A stretch of DNA of 64,000 bases from positions 5,268 through 69,267 of the IMG/VR virus record IMGVR_UViG_3300045988_126190. The stretch is one strand, 5' to 3'. The DNA is from a virus. Positions 17,604 through 26,891 of this stretch are shown piece after piece (position 1 is the first letter of the stretch; each line of letters starts with the position of its first letter). The translations under genes and the position numbers were made by a program. The notes under the pieces are model-generated. The model was not told the DNA's origin. It saw nothing but the letters and a program-made list of their open reading frames with translations, and made no database searches.

Positions 17604-18065
17604 TTACACCTCCCGAATGATAATGCCTTTTTTATCGGCAATTTCTTTTGCCTTGTTGATATAAACTTGGTTCCGCTTGCCTTTGGCATCCTCATAGATC
17701 GGCTGACCGTTGCTGTCTTTGTAATAAAAATCAGCCTTATAGATGACCGGCCGGATGCGCGTACCGTCGGGCAGCGTGAAGCCCTCGACGAGCGTAATGT
17801 TCTGCTGCAACCGGAGGTCGGTGATCTCGCCACGATCAAGCATAGCCTTGAGGACAAGGAAACGGTTTGCTTCGCGCTTGGAATCAAAGCGGATGCCGCA
17901 AACGTCGGCTTTTTGGTTTCCGTACTTGTTTTTCCTAGGCTCGTCCATCTCGGCCTTGATTTTCTGCGCGATTTGCCTACCTTTTCGCTGGGTTTCTTGC
18001 TGGTTGAGCTTTTGAAGAATTTGCCGCTGCGCCTTTTCCGGGAGCTGCGAAATATCAATGCTCAC
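17604..18065 (-). CDS. DUF1064-family (putative resolvase/nuclease) protein
   Basis: NKYGNQK...GIRFDSKREANRF motif. GTG start with a GGGAGGG RBS. Confidence 0.65.
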   Translation of the reverse strand: MSIDISQLPEKAQRQILQKLNQQETQRKGRQIAQKIKAEMDEPRKNKYGNQKADVCGIRFDSKREANRFLVLKAMLDRGEITDLRLQQNITLVEGFTLPDGTRIRPVIYKADFYYKDSNGQPIYEDAKGKRNQVYINKAKEIADKKGIIIREV

Positions 18066-18999
18066 GGGGAACCCTCCCGTATTTGATGCCGTGGTCAAGC
18101 AGGAACTCTCGCAGCGCCATGAGCTGTGCTTGCGTTGCCCAGACACGGAAGTCAATCACATTGATTTCCGGGAGCTCTGAGGAAGGCTGCTGCTCCTGCG
18201 CTGCGGCTCCTTGCAGTTTTGCCTCCCGCTCAGCGCCGACGACCTCTGCGACAGAGGCGGTCGTTTGCGCGGCTTTTTCCGTTGCGGCAGCCATTGCTTC
18301 AGCGGCAGCCTTAGCGGCGGCTTCCTTTTGCTCGCGAAGCTTTTCCAAGCGTTCCTGATCGGCAATCAGTTTCTCATTTTGCTGCATACAGGCGGCAAGG
18401 TCACGCGTCTTGAGGTACTGGTCAATTAACACAGCTTCAAATGGGCTATGTAACGAGTGAATCGCGCTAAGAGACGAGCGGACGGTTGTTATTGCGGAAA
18501 TAATGTCCTTCTGCGCCGCTTCTTCGCTGTAGGTCTTGTTTTCCCACTTAGGATTCTGGATGTCCTCGAAGGAGAGGAATCGGATATCCTCGCCGATTTT
18601 TTCATTGAAGAAGATGCGGAGAGAGGCAATCTTCTGGTCTTTCTCCCGGCGTTCAAATGCCTTGACCTGACTGTCGATGTTCCCAGCGGCCTCATCACAC
18701 ATGGCAATCAGGGGCTTGCAGTTGGCCTCAAACTCGGCAGCGGGCGCTGAGAGCAGCTTCTTGACGGTCTTTCGGTATTCGTCGATGTTGGAGCGCAGGC
18801 GGTTAACATTCGCCCTTGCGGACTTTGCATCGGGGATGGTGTCGGGCGTGACGATGAGCGTGGAATAAGGGATAAGTTTTTCCTTCAGGACTGCGCCGAC
18901 CTCCTCGAAGTTGGCAGGGATGCGAAGCTGCTGAACGGCGGCGAGGGCTTCCTGATCGACGCGAAGCTCCAATTCGCCGAGGTGGACATCATTGCTCAT
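18055..18999 (-). CDS. DUF1351-like recombination-module protein
   Basis: 314 aa with a coiled-coil middle region. Position is typical of RecT modules. Confidence 0.55.
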   Translation of the reverse strand: MSNDVHLGELELRVDQEALAAVQQLRIPANFEEVGAVLKEKLIPYSTLIVTPDTIPDAKSARANVNRLRSNIDEYRKTVKKLLSAPAAEFEANCKPLIAMCDEAAGNIDSQVKAFERREKDQKIASLRIFFNEKIGEDIRFLSFEDIQNPKWENKTYSEEAAQKDIISAITTVRSSLSAIHSLHSPFEAVLIDQYLKTRDLAACMQQNEKLIADQERLEKLREQKEAAAKAAAEAMAAATEKAAQTTASVAEVVGAEREAKLQGAAAQEQQPSSELPEINVIDFRVWATQAQLMALREFLLDHGIKYGRVPREH

Positions 19000-19252
19000 A
19001 ATCTGTGGTACTCCTTTCCGGTTTCAAAAGTGTGTAAACGGCGTAACGCACGGTAGCGCCGAAGGAATTTTTGCTTTCCTTTATGGTGGTGACAATGGGA
19101 ACGCCGCGCTTTCTCAGGTCCCAAATCCGAGCGCCAAGGCGCATACATCCGAACTCCCGAAGTGCATCAAGCGGCGTAATGGCACCGTGTGTTTGAAGGT
19201 ACAGGAGAATCATTTCGGTCTGGCTTGCGATCTGCTCCCTCACTCCCATCAT
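18989..19252 (-). CDS. winged-helix DNA-binding protein
   Basis: ILLYLQTHGAITPLDALREFGCMRLGARIWDLRKRG. Confidence 0.55.
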   Translation of the reverse strand: MMGVREQIASQTEMILLYLQTHGAITPLDALREFGCMRLGARIWDLRKRGVPIVTTIKESKNSFGATVRYAVYTLLKPERSTTDYEQ

Positions 19253-19458
19253 TCGCCCTCCGTGTAGTACGTGTCGATGGTGCGGCACGGGAAGCTCGGC
19301 TCTTTTATGTTGATTGCGGTGACAATGCCGCGCTGCTCCGGGTCGGAAACGGTCGGTGTGATGACTTTATCCCCGACGTTCAAGGGGAGCTTGGTCTCAT
19401 AGGTGTATTCGCGGCCACCATAGAAGCCGCCCTTGTAATACTTAATGGCTACAAACAT
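19249..19458 (-). CDS. hypothetical protein
   Basis: 69-aa ORF in the operon. Confidence 0.5.
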   Translation of the reverse strand: MFVAIKYYKGGFYGGREYTYETKLPLNVGDKVITPTVSDPEQRGIVTAINIKEPSFPCRTIDTYYTEGE

Positions 19459-19471
19459 TGTGTTTCTCCTT

Positions 19472-20125
19472 TCATAGCGTTAAACAGAGACTCGGCATGG
19501 TGCCGGTCTGTACGTTTTTCCAAAACTGCGCGGCCTTGGGGAGCATCCATTCGATGTCCGGCTGACAATCGGCGCGCTCAAAATGGTAGGCTCTGAGGGA
19601 ACCGTCGCCCTCCTTGTCCAGCAGCAGCGCCCACAGGACAGCAAACTCGAAGTCGCCGCAGTACATTTGCTGGCAGATTTGCGTGTAGTAATACTTCGGA
19701 ATTTGACAATTCCATTTCTCCCAATCGGCACGGCTGAGGCATGTTGCGGTCTTGCTTTCGTAGATACCCTTTCTCCCGGTTGCGCACTCTACCAGCTCTC
19801 CGTCCGGCGTGCAAAACAGGAAATCGTAGGTTCCCTCGCGCCGCAGGATGGTGTAGGGTGTAAAGCTCAGTTCAAATTCCGGGTGCATCAGCCGGAACAT
19901 TTCCCGCAGCGGCTCTTCTGCGCGGTTTCCGAAATCGACGCGCTCGTTGCCAGACAGGTCCTTTGGCTGAACAAGCCCGCATTTCTCCTTCCAGAGCTGC
20001 AACGGCGTCTTAAAGCCGCTCATACCGATGGCGGATGCTAGATCGCTTGCGCCGATGCCGCAGCGCGCCTCTAGCCATGTGTCGCGGTCAGGATAACTCG
20101 CTCTGCTGACTCTTGTAGCGCTCAT
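19472..20125 (-). CDS. YqaJ-type (lambda Exo-like) exonuclease
   Basis: GIGASD..., ESKTA and YYTQ.QQM motifs. Paired with recT. Confidence 0.8.
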   Translation of the reverse strand: MSATRVSRASYPDRDTWLEARCGIGASDLASAIGMSGFKTPLQLWKEKCGLVQPKDLSGNERVDFGNRAEEPLREMFRLMHPEFELSFTPYTILRREGTYDFLFCTPDGELVECATGRKGIYESKTATCLSRADWEKWNCQIPKYYYTQICQQMYCGDFEFAVLWALLLDKEGDGSLRAYHFERADCQPDIEWMLPKAAQFWKNVQTGTMPSLCLTL

Positions 20126-20366
20126 AAGCTAGGTCCTCGGCATATTTTTTGATGCTTGCCCAGATATACCGGCTGGCATTCTTCCCGTTTTTGAGTTTGC
20201 TCATATACTGCCGGAGCGCCGGAACGGAATAGCCGATTGCCTCGCCGAGGGATTGATAGGTAAGCGCGTTTCGCCGGATGAAATCTTGGATTTCAGAATA
20301 GCGGCGCGTATTCTCTTCTGCGCGGGCTGCCCTGAGAACGATTGTTTCTTGCTCTGCTGCTTTCAT
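20088..20366 (-). CDS. HTH protein
   Basis: Internal ATG with a GGGGGTGAGG RBS. Confidence 0.5.
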   Translation of the reverse strand: MKAAEQETIVLRAARAEENTRRYSEIQDFIRRNALTYQSLGEAIGYSVPALRQYMSKLKNGKNASRYIWASIKKYAEDLAYERYKSQQSELS

Positions 20367-20680
20367 TTCCTCACCCCCACCCAGATAGCGATAACGGCAA
20401 AAAGTGCAGGGAAAACAGCCGGAAGCGGGTTCTCGGCGTTCCACAGAAGCACGGAACAGAAGCCACAGAAGGTCGCGACGATTCCCATGATGCAGGAACG
20501 GACGCGGCGAAGCAGACGGCGGATTTCTTTGCGGCGGCGACGCTCGGCTTCACTGACGCGTGCTTCGACCTCGTGGCGCTGGCGGGCTTCACGAGCGCGG
20601 CGCTCCTCGGTGCGGCGCTCAAACTTACAGAATTCTGCGGTCTCGTCAATGACCGGAACGATAGAAAGACATTTATTCAT
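20363..20680 (-). CDS. Arg/Glu-rich protein with C-terminal membrane anchor
   Basis: AGGAGG RBS. Hydrophobic C-terminal segments. Confidence 0.5.
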   Translation of the reverse strand: MNKCLSIVPVIDETAEFCKFERRTEERRAREARQRHEVEARVSEAERRRRKEIRRLLRRVRSCIMGIVATFCGFCSVLLWNAENPLPAVFPALFAVIAIWVGVRK

Positions 20681-20909
20681 CGGCGCTTTCCTCCTGCTCG
20701 TCAAAAGGCGGAAATTTTCCGGTGACCGCGCAGTAGACTGCGACCACAAACTTTTCGGCATCCTTCTGCGTCGGCGTGATGGTCGTCGCGAAATTCGCAA
20801 AGGTCTTAACCAAAACCTTGGTGCTTATATCCTTGATATGAACGTCCTGTTTGATGCTTGAGGTGCCGTCGTTGTTTGGCTTAAAGGTGAATACAATTTT
20901 TCCTTTCAT
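20673..20909 (-). CDS. hypothetical protein
   Basis: AAGGAG RBS. Confidence 0.5.
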   Translation of the reverse strand: MKGKIVFTFKPNNDGTSSIKQDVHIKDISTKVLVKTFANFATTITPTQKDAEKFVVAVYCAVTGKFPPFDEQEESADE

Positions 20910-20939
20910 TATCAAATCTCCTTATGTAGTTTGTAGCGG

Positions 20940-21209
20940 TTAGTTGAGCATCTGCGACATTGCGTCGGATGCGCCGGGGAATTGCTTGAGGTTGAGCGCG
21001 TCGCTGAGTTGCTGGATTTCCGAAACGGTCAGAGAACGCGGCGCGCTTCGGCGGCGATAATAGGTCTGCGTTGACCATTTGAGTCTTTCGCAAAGCTCGG
21101 CGGCCTTAATTCCGGCAAAAACGCGGGCAGTCTCGACGATCTTGAAGAAATTTGTTGCCGCAATATCGCGCCGGCCCTCTACCGTCTGGCACCAATTCGT
21201 TTTTGGCAT
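20940..21209 (-). CDS. hypothetical HTH-like protein
   Basis: ATG overlaps the upstream TAA. Confidence 0.5.
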   Translation of the reverse strand: MPKTNWCQTVEGRRDIAATNFFKIVETARVFAGIKAAELCERLKWSTQTYYRRRSAPRSLTVSEIQQLSDALNLKQFPGASDAMSQMLN

Positions 21210-21469
21210 TACTCCTTCGCCTCCAAGCCGATACGGACGATCCGATCTACCGAGACACCAAGGGAACACGCGATGGCGACGGCACTTACAAGCGACGGGC
21301 TTGCTCGGCCGCTCTCAATATTGGAAATCGTCTGCTGCGCTATGCCAGTGTCAATCAGGATATCTGTCTGACGAATGCCCTTTTGCTTACGGACAATTCT
21401 GACACCGCGTCCGAACGCTTTCGCCAGCGCATCCGCATCAAATTTGGCAGAATGTACTCTTCTGCTCAT
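21209..21469 (-). CDS. XRE-family HTH regulator (Cro-like position)
   Basis: KGIRQTDILIDTGIAQQTISNIESG. First gene of the leftward early operon. Confidence 0.7.
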   Translation of the reverse strand: MSRRVHSAKFDADALAKAFGRGVRIVRKQKGIRQTDILIDTGIAQQTISNIESGRASPSLVSAVAIACSLGVSVDRIVRIGLEAKE

Positions 21470-21609
21470 TTCATCAACACCCCTAATAGCGCACCGAACA
21501 GCATTGCGAAACAGATGCCGACGGACGCAATGTTTAACCAGAGCAGCAGCTGCGTCTTGCGAGACAGCTCGTCAATCTTGTCCGGCTCGGTTTGATTGTG
21601 CCGCCTCAT
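21466..21609 (-). CDS. small membrane protein
   Basis: ATGA overlap with the upstream gene. One transmembrane segment. Confidence 0.4.
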   Translation of the reverse strand: MRRHNQTEPDKIDELSRKTQLLLWLNIASVGICFAMLFGALLGVLMK

Positions 21610-22736
21610 TGCGCTACTCCGTCCTGTTTGCCGAGAAAGCGGTTGATGAAGTAGCACTGGCCTTTCCCGGTGACGACCGTCGTCTTTGTGATGACGTTGC
21701 AGCCATTGGAATTGAGGTGGCAGCTCTCCTTTACCTCGAACAAGCCCATTTCCATAGCTCTCTGCGTAGGCATATTCCGGTTGTCACCGCGCTTGACAAG
21801 GAAGCCGTTCTGCCGGAGCCATTCAAACAAGCGGTTCTGACCGATGTTGATTCCGTTCTGCTTCAGCAGCTTTGCCAGAGCGCCGATGAGGATGGTCGTT
21901 TTGCTGGCCGATACGGCATTGGAAAAGAGGACGTGCGGCTTTTGCTCCTCGACGGTGGCCTCCAGCGCCTTGCGCTTGTCCTGCTCGGCTTTCAGCTCGG
22001 TCAAAAGCCGGATGCCGAAGTCCGGGGTCAGCACCATCTTTTCGAGCGTTTCGGGCGTCATATACGCGCCGTGCTTGCGAATAGAAGGGATAACCTCGTC
22101 GGCAATGAACGCCTGAAATTTTTCTGCCGCCTCGTTTTTCGCCTTCATCGCCAGCCGGTAAAACACATTTTCTGGGATGTAGCCGTCGCGCCCACAAGTG
22201 GGCACGCCCATTTCGCTCAAATAACCTTCGACGCGCGTCCAGCGAACAACCTCGTTGCCACTTGTGGCAACGGTTGTGAACCCAAGTCCTCTGGCGACAT
22301 TTTCCAGTTTGAGATATGCTGTCCCGTCCTTCTCGTAACAAGCCACGCCGCCGATGATAGTAATTGGGGTTTCCATGACGCATCGTGCGGTTTGCTGCGC
22401 AATATCAGTAGCCCCGTCTTTTTCATGCTTGCGGATGGAGGGTAAGACCTCGGACGTGACCCACCGCTTGAATTTCTTGGCTGTCGGGAGTTTGGAACTG
22501 AGGACGAGAGAATAGAGACCGGATTCATTGATAAGAGCTATAGCCGTCCCGTTGACGGTGAACGATTCGTTCACCGTCCGATCATCCTCGTCGATGTGAT
22601 CGCGAATCGCCTTCTGCGGATTAGAATATCCGAGAATGACAGCAACGTCTTTGCCGACGAACCACGGCTCATTGTTGATTTCTACGGTTCGGATTTCACC
22701 GAACTCAGGATTGTTAAATACTTGAATATCGTTCAT
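21606..22736 (-). CDS. antirepressor (Bro-N + KilAC/ANT-like domains)
   Basis: IQVFNNPEFGEIRT, RWVTSEVLPSIRKHE, and a second ...IPSIRKHGAYMTPE block. Confidence 0.85.
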   Translation of the reverse strand: MNDIQVFNNPEFGEIRTVEINNEPWFVGKDVAVILGYSNPQKAIRDHIDEDDRTVNESFTVNGTAIALINESGLYSLVLSSKLPTAKKFKRWVTSEVLPSIRKHEKDGATDIAQQTARCVMETPITIIGGVACYEKDGTAYLKLENVARGLGFTTVATSGNEVVRWTRVEGYLSEMGVPTCGRDGYIPENVFYRLAMKAKNEAAEKFQAFIADEVIPSIRKHGAYMTPETLEKMVLTPDFGIRLLTELKAEQDKRKALEATVEEQKPHVLFSNAVSASKTTILIGALAKLLKQNGINIGQNRLFEWLRQNGFLVKRGDNRNMPTQRAMEMGLFEVKESCHLNSNGCNVITKTTVVTGKGQCYFINRFLGKQDGVAQ

Positions 22737-22752
22737 ATGTGCCTCCTTTTAA

Positions 22753-23166
22753 TTATTTCGTTGTGACCTTCGCCAATTCGGCGAGGGCAGTTGCGGCCTG
22801 TACCACGACATCGGCAGACGTGGCCAAATATTCGCTGGATTCGGAATAGTGTCGGATGATTTTCATGAGCGAATCAGCGGCCTCGTCAATCCGGGTCTGC
22901 ATATCGGGTTTTTGGCTAGGGGTCTTTGGTTCGGTAGGCGCGCCGCTCACCAAATCCTGAACAGCCACAGAAAAGCGCTCGGCAATTCTTTGAAGCGCAT
23001 AAATACGGGGCATCCTTCCGCTTTTCCACCCAGTGACGGCGCCAGAGGAAATCCCGAGTTCGCGGGCTACAGCCGTAGGATTTGAGCCGAAATCTTCACA
23101 AAGCCGCTTGTAATTTCTCCAAAATATGGTTTCCGCTGTTTTATCTCCTAACTGATTGATTTTCAC
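22753..23166 (-). CDS. XRE-family HTH regulator
   Basis: VARELGISSGAVTGWKSG. Confidence 0.7.
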   Translation of the reverse strand: MKINQLGDKTAETIFWRNYKRLCEDFGSNPTAVARELGISSGAVTGWKSGRMPRIYALQRIAERFSVAVQDLVSGAPTEPKTPSQKPDMQTRIDEAADSLMKIIRHYSESSEYLATSADVVVQAATALAELAKVTTK

Positions 23167-23210
23167 CGCCCTGTACGATAAAATAAATTGTTTAGAAGGG
23201 AGGTGAGAGA

Positions 23211-23432
23211 ATGGCGCGTGATTATAGCGGGTTTTCCCTTGAAGTGCTCTATCGGCTGGCTCTTATCTGCGTAAAAGAGGATGTTGCATTGCTGCCGGAA
23301 GAAACGAAGGTTTCGTCCGAAGAACTATCTGCAAACGCCGTGGCTTCACTGGAAAGACATCTAGCCGAAATCAGGTCAAACCCTGCATTTGAAAGCATCG
23401 CAGACGACATTAAAAGAAATACTTGCGGCTGA
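23211..23432 (+). CDS. small hypothetical protein
   Basis: GGGAGGTGAG RBS. 73 aa. Confidence 0.5.
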   Translation: MARDYSGFSLEVLYRLALICVKEDVALLPEETKVSSEELSANAVASLERHLAEIRSNPAFESIADDIKRNTCG

Positions 23433-24291
23433 TCCAACCCCGTGAATCCTCCGGGACGGTGCTTTGCAGGACGAAGCGCTCACATTTGTCGCAAGCAGTT
23501 TTAATGTCATTCAACGAAAGCCCTTGTTCGTGAGATATTCGCAGTATTTCGCGGGCAAGGGCGTCAATATTTTCGGCGCGTTTCGTGTGGTAACGAGATT
23601 TCACATATGTGGCGGGTTCAGCAGAGTGCATTTCGCGCAGTTGATCGGGAGAGCAGCCGTACAGTTCAGCAAGCTTCTGCGCATCGTCGTCAGGTGCAAC
23701 CTCAACGCCGAGTTCGATGTCTTCCAAGCGCTTTTGGCTGATTCCAACGGCTCTCAGAACATCGTCCAGCGTCATTCCTGCTTTTTCGCGGAATTCGCGG
23801 TAGCGGGGAAGCTTTTCTGTGCGCTGGCATCGAGAAGCAGGACGTTCAATCAGCACATCGTGCAAGGTAACTCCAAGATAAGAAGCAATCTCCGCAAGCT
23901 TTCGTAGCCTCGGCTGGGTTTTCCCAGTATTCCAAAGAGAATACGCCGCAGACGTGATATTGCAGTCCTTAAAAAACTGCTGTTTAGATATTCTCTTTTC
24001 GGCGAGCAGAGCGTTAATTCGACCAACATTAGCATTAAACGAACTCGGGGCACCTCTTTTTTCCGGGTCACTCAAAGCAGTCGTGTCCTCAATAGAGCGT
24101 TGCGGGTCAATGAGTTCATCCACTGTAACGGCAAGATAATCTGCAATCAGCGAAGCGGTTCCAATTAACAACATTTTCGATCGACCACGCTTAAGGTCGG
24201 ATACAATCTCCTGCCGCAGCCCGAGCTCTTTACACATGGCGGCAATCGTGATACCTCTTTCGAAGCAAAGCCGCGCTATCGTTTCGTACAT
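23410..24291 (-). CDS. regulator with three tandem XRE-type HTH domains
   Basis: Three HTH units recognisable at about aa 5-60, 90-150 and 165-220. Confidence 0.7.
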   Translation of the reverse strand: MYETIARLCFERGITIAAMCKELGLRQEIVSDLKRGRSKMLLIGTASLIADYLAVTVDELIDPQRSIEDTTALSDPEKRGAPSSFNANVGRINALLAEKRISKQQFFKDCNITSAAYSLWNTGKTQPRLRKLAEIASYLGVTLHDVLIERPASRCQRTEKLPRYREFREKAGMTLDDVLRAVGISQKRLEDIELGVEVAPDDDAQKLAELYGCSPDQLREMHSAEPATYVKSRYHTKRAENIDALAREILRISHEQGLSLNDIKTACDKCERFVLQSTVPEDSRGWISRKYFF

Positions 24292-24315
24292 TGAATGTCT
24301 ACCTCCTGATCTCGC

Positions 24316-24525
24316 TTATGTATTCGTATCTTCTGCGGTTCGCTTTTGCAGAATCGCGTCAAGCGCGGCCTCCATGCGCTTTTGAATTCCTTCTGGCTTG
24401 CGCTTTCCGCTGAGAATCATGGAAATATAAGACTTTGTAACTCCCATTTCGCAAGCCAGTTCAGTAAATGTGATGCGAGCGTTGTGCATCTTCCCAACGA
24501 GACGTCCAGTCCATTTTTCCGGCAC
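24316..24525 (-). CDS. small HTH regulator
   Basis: GTG start with an AAGGAGGGTG RBS. ACEMGVTKSYISMILSGKRKP. Confidence 0.6.
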   Translation of the reverse strand: MPEKWTGRLVGKMHNARITFTELACEMGVTKSYISMILSGKRKPEGIQKRMEAALDAILQKRTAEDTNT

Positions 24526-24823
24526 TGTTTCACCCTCCTTCCCGTTATCAAATGAAATAGGCAGCCGACTGTATATGCCAAATATGAAAAAACTATAAAT
24601 TTTCTCGCCGCGGCCGCTTTTGGGGTTGCAAAAGTTAACAGTCTGTGTTACCATGTTGTTGCCATCAACGCAATAACGTCGGCTCGGGACTTGCATCACG
24701 GGCCTTGCTTGCTGTTTACTCTTTCAACCGCAATTTGATTATATAGCTATATTAGTTAGAAATCAAGTGTTTTTGTTAATTTTTCTAACTTTTTACGTTT
24801 AGCACAAATAGGAGGTGTTCAAT

Positions 24824-25144
24824 TTGGACAATTTCTACAAAAGATATTGTGAGCTCTGCGCAAAAGCGGGGAAATCTGTGTCCGGAGTGGCCGCAGCCGT
24901 GGGTCTGTCCAATGCCGCGGCAAATGGGTGGAAAAAAGGGAAAATTCCAAACGACACCACTTTAACGAAATTATCGGAGTATTTAGGCGTGACGGTCGAA
25001 TATCTCAAAACAGGCGAAGAAAAAGCGCCCACCCAAACGGGTGAGCGCAGCGACGACGAGTTGACTATGCAGATTCTTGAGGCGTTGAAAAATGCGGACA
25101 GGGATCAAAGGGAGGCAATCCTAACTCTGTTAACAAGGAAATAA
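24824..25144 (+). CDS. XRE-family repressor-like protein (CI-like position)
   Basis: AAAVGLSNAAANGWKKGKIP. TTG at 24824 lies 8 nt after GGAGG (the track starts at GTG 24815). Confidence 0.7.
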   Translation: MDNFYKRYCELCAKAGKSVSGVAAAVGLSNAAANGWKKGKIPNDTTLTKLSEYLGVTVEYLKTGEEKAPTQTGERSDDELTMQILEALKNADRDQREAILTLLTRK

Positions 25145-25217
25145 GCGCGGCTCGGCGCTCCGGGGATGCAAGGGCTTTACGAATCAGCTCGGTCAGTTCT
25201 TCTTCTGTACAGTCCAT
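25065..25217 (-). pseudogene. orphan homolog of the cassette small protein, antisense to the repressor 3' end
   Basis: Own translation: MDCTEEELTELIRKALASPERRAALISLLTELGLPP... GGAAAGGAG RBS. Homology ends after LGLPP. Confidence 0.4.
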
Positions 25218-25343
25218 CTTTTTCTCTCCTTTCCGCGACGAAGATCAGCATCGAGGCATAATCTTTTCGCATTTTAATTAAAATTTTATATTTTTGTGCA
25301 TTCTGCGAATAGAATTCCCGAGAAAAATGAGTATACTACAGAT

Positions 25344-25445
25344 AGAGTGTTATGCTCATGTGCCGCGTGTCGTCAGCGACGGATAAGAGTGCGACTTGCT
25401 AACATTTCCGCGTTCCTGCCAGCGGGATATAAGATGCGGGATTGA
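25344..25445 (+). ncRNA. candidate type III antitoxin RNA (about 2.3 imperfect 42-46-nt repeats)
   Basis: Units at 25344-25385 and 25386-25431 share AGAGTG...GCT...CCGCGT...CAGCG..GGATA. Downstream of a TATACT -10 box and upstream of a terminator and the toxin. Confidence 0.4.
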
Positions 25446-25448
25446 AAC

Positions 25449-25482
25449 GCCGGGGTTCTGTTTTTACAGGCTCCGGCTTTTT
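25449..25482 (+). terminator. terminator between repeat RNA and toxin
   Basis: GCCGGGG/CTCCGGC stem followed by TTTTT. Confidence 0.5.
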
Positions 25483-25497
25483 CTATGGAGAAATCAA

Positions 25498-25992
25498 ATG
25501 AAAAAAACAGAAATTTTACTCAACGGTCTTTACATTATCCGTGACGAATACTTTGCGAGATTCCAGAATGGGCGGCTGACGGACAATAAAGGGGCGGCAC
25601 GACCTAATTATTACGCCGTCAAGGACGCGGGCGGCATCTTCTGGATGATTCCTTTGAGCACACAAACGAAGCACTACAAGGAGAAAGCCGCTGCATATGA
25701 AGCTAAGTATGGGGCCGGACGATGCCTGTTTTATGAGTTTGCGAATATTGGCTCCGTAGAGCGTGTAGTTTTAGTCGGGAATATGTTTCCCGTAACCTCA
25801 GAGTATATCGAACGGGCATACACTATCGCGGGAAGCCGATATATTCTGAAAGACAGGAACGCAATAGCCAGAATCCGAAAAAAGGCCGGTCGATATTTGA
25901 GTTTGGTAAATCGCGGTATAATCGATAACCCAGCCAAGATTCTACAAATACGTGACGAGCTTCTAAAAAGCAGGTCATGCGAGCTCTTGTGA
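25498..25992 (+). CDS. ToxN/AbiQ/CptN-like type III toxin endoribonuclease
   Basis: IFWMIPLSTQTKHYK and NMFPV motifs resemble the ToxN YLAPLTSPKKWH and FMIPI motifs. GGAG RBS. Confidence 0.65.
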   Translation: MKKTEILLNGLYIIRDEYFARFQNGRLTDNKGAARPNYYAVKDAGGIFWMIPLSTQTKHYKEKAAAYEAKYGAGRCLFYEFANIGSVERVVLVGNMFPVTSEYIERAYTIAGSRYILKDRNAIARIRKKAGRYLSLVNRGIIDNPAKILQIRDELLKSRSCELL

Positions 25993-26289
25993 AATTCACC
26001 AAATCAGAAACGAATTTTTTGTGTAGTTTTTCTGTTGTGCCCAATTATGATTGATGGTAGAATTATTACATAGACGACATCTGCTGAAAAGCCGAGCCGT
26101 GCCGCCTGTACCAGAGGCAGCACGGCTTAATAGAAAATTCTGTCGTCAGAGGAAACGTCCGCCGTACATCTATCGTAACAGAAATCAGGAAGGATGTCCA
26201 CGCACAAATCTGAGAAAACTTCGCAGCTGTTGCGAATTCTCTGCGCAAAATTTGCGGACTCCTTCCAGAAAAAGAAAAGGGGCTGAAAA

Positions 26290-26868
26290 ATGAACGCGTA
26301 TCAAGAGCTGGCGCCACGCTTCGACACCTACCGCGATACCATCAAGGCTGCAAAAGCAAAGAAGGGGTATTCCCTATCAACGCTCGCCGAAGAATCCGGC
26401 GTTGCATATTCGGCAGTCAGCCGCCTATGCGACGGAACACAGTCTGAACCGAAACTGTTTAACGCCGTCGCACTTTGCAAGGTGCTGGGCATATCCATTG
26501 ACGACACCTTCGGGCTGAGATCGCCGACGGAGGAAAACACAGAGCAATTGCGGGAAAGAATCCACTGGCTGGAGCTGAAAAATGCTGAGCTTCGCGGAGA
26601 AAACGAGCGGTTAGAAGCAACTAACCAGATTCTGCAAAATGGCATCGACGCACGAAGGCCGTTGATCTATATTTTGCTGAGCTTGTGCGTCGCGCTGGCG
26701 TGTGGCATTGGTGTCTATCTTGTAATTGACGCGAATATCCGCGACGCAGGGCTGATACAGTTCGGCAATTTTTCACCCGGCGCGTGGGCTTTTGCCGCTG
26801 TGATCGTCGGGACACTGGCATCCGTGGTCATTGCCACACTGAAAATTACCAAAAAGCAAAGAAAATAG
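26290..26868 (+). CDS. membrane-anchored XRE-family regulator
   Basis: N-terminal HTH, a coiled coil and two C-terminal transmembrane segments. Confidence 0.65.
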   Translation: MNAYQELAPRFDTYRDTIKAAKAKKGYSLSTLAEESGVAYSAVSRLCDGTQSEPKLFNAVALCKVLGISIDDTFGLRSPTEENTEQLRERIHWLELKNAELRGENERLEATNQILQNGIDARRPLIYILLSLCVALACGIGVYLVIDANIRDAGLIQFGNFSPGAWAFAAVIVGTLASVVIATLKITKKQRK

Positions 26869-26891
26869 CGAACAAAAGCGAGGCATTCCCT

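Noticed and set aside
25396-25497. N-terminal extension of the ToxN-like ORF
   Set aside because: The extension covers the repeat RNA and terminator. A GGAG RBS precedes the ATG at 25498.
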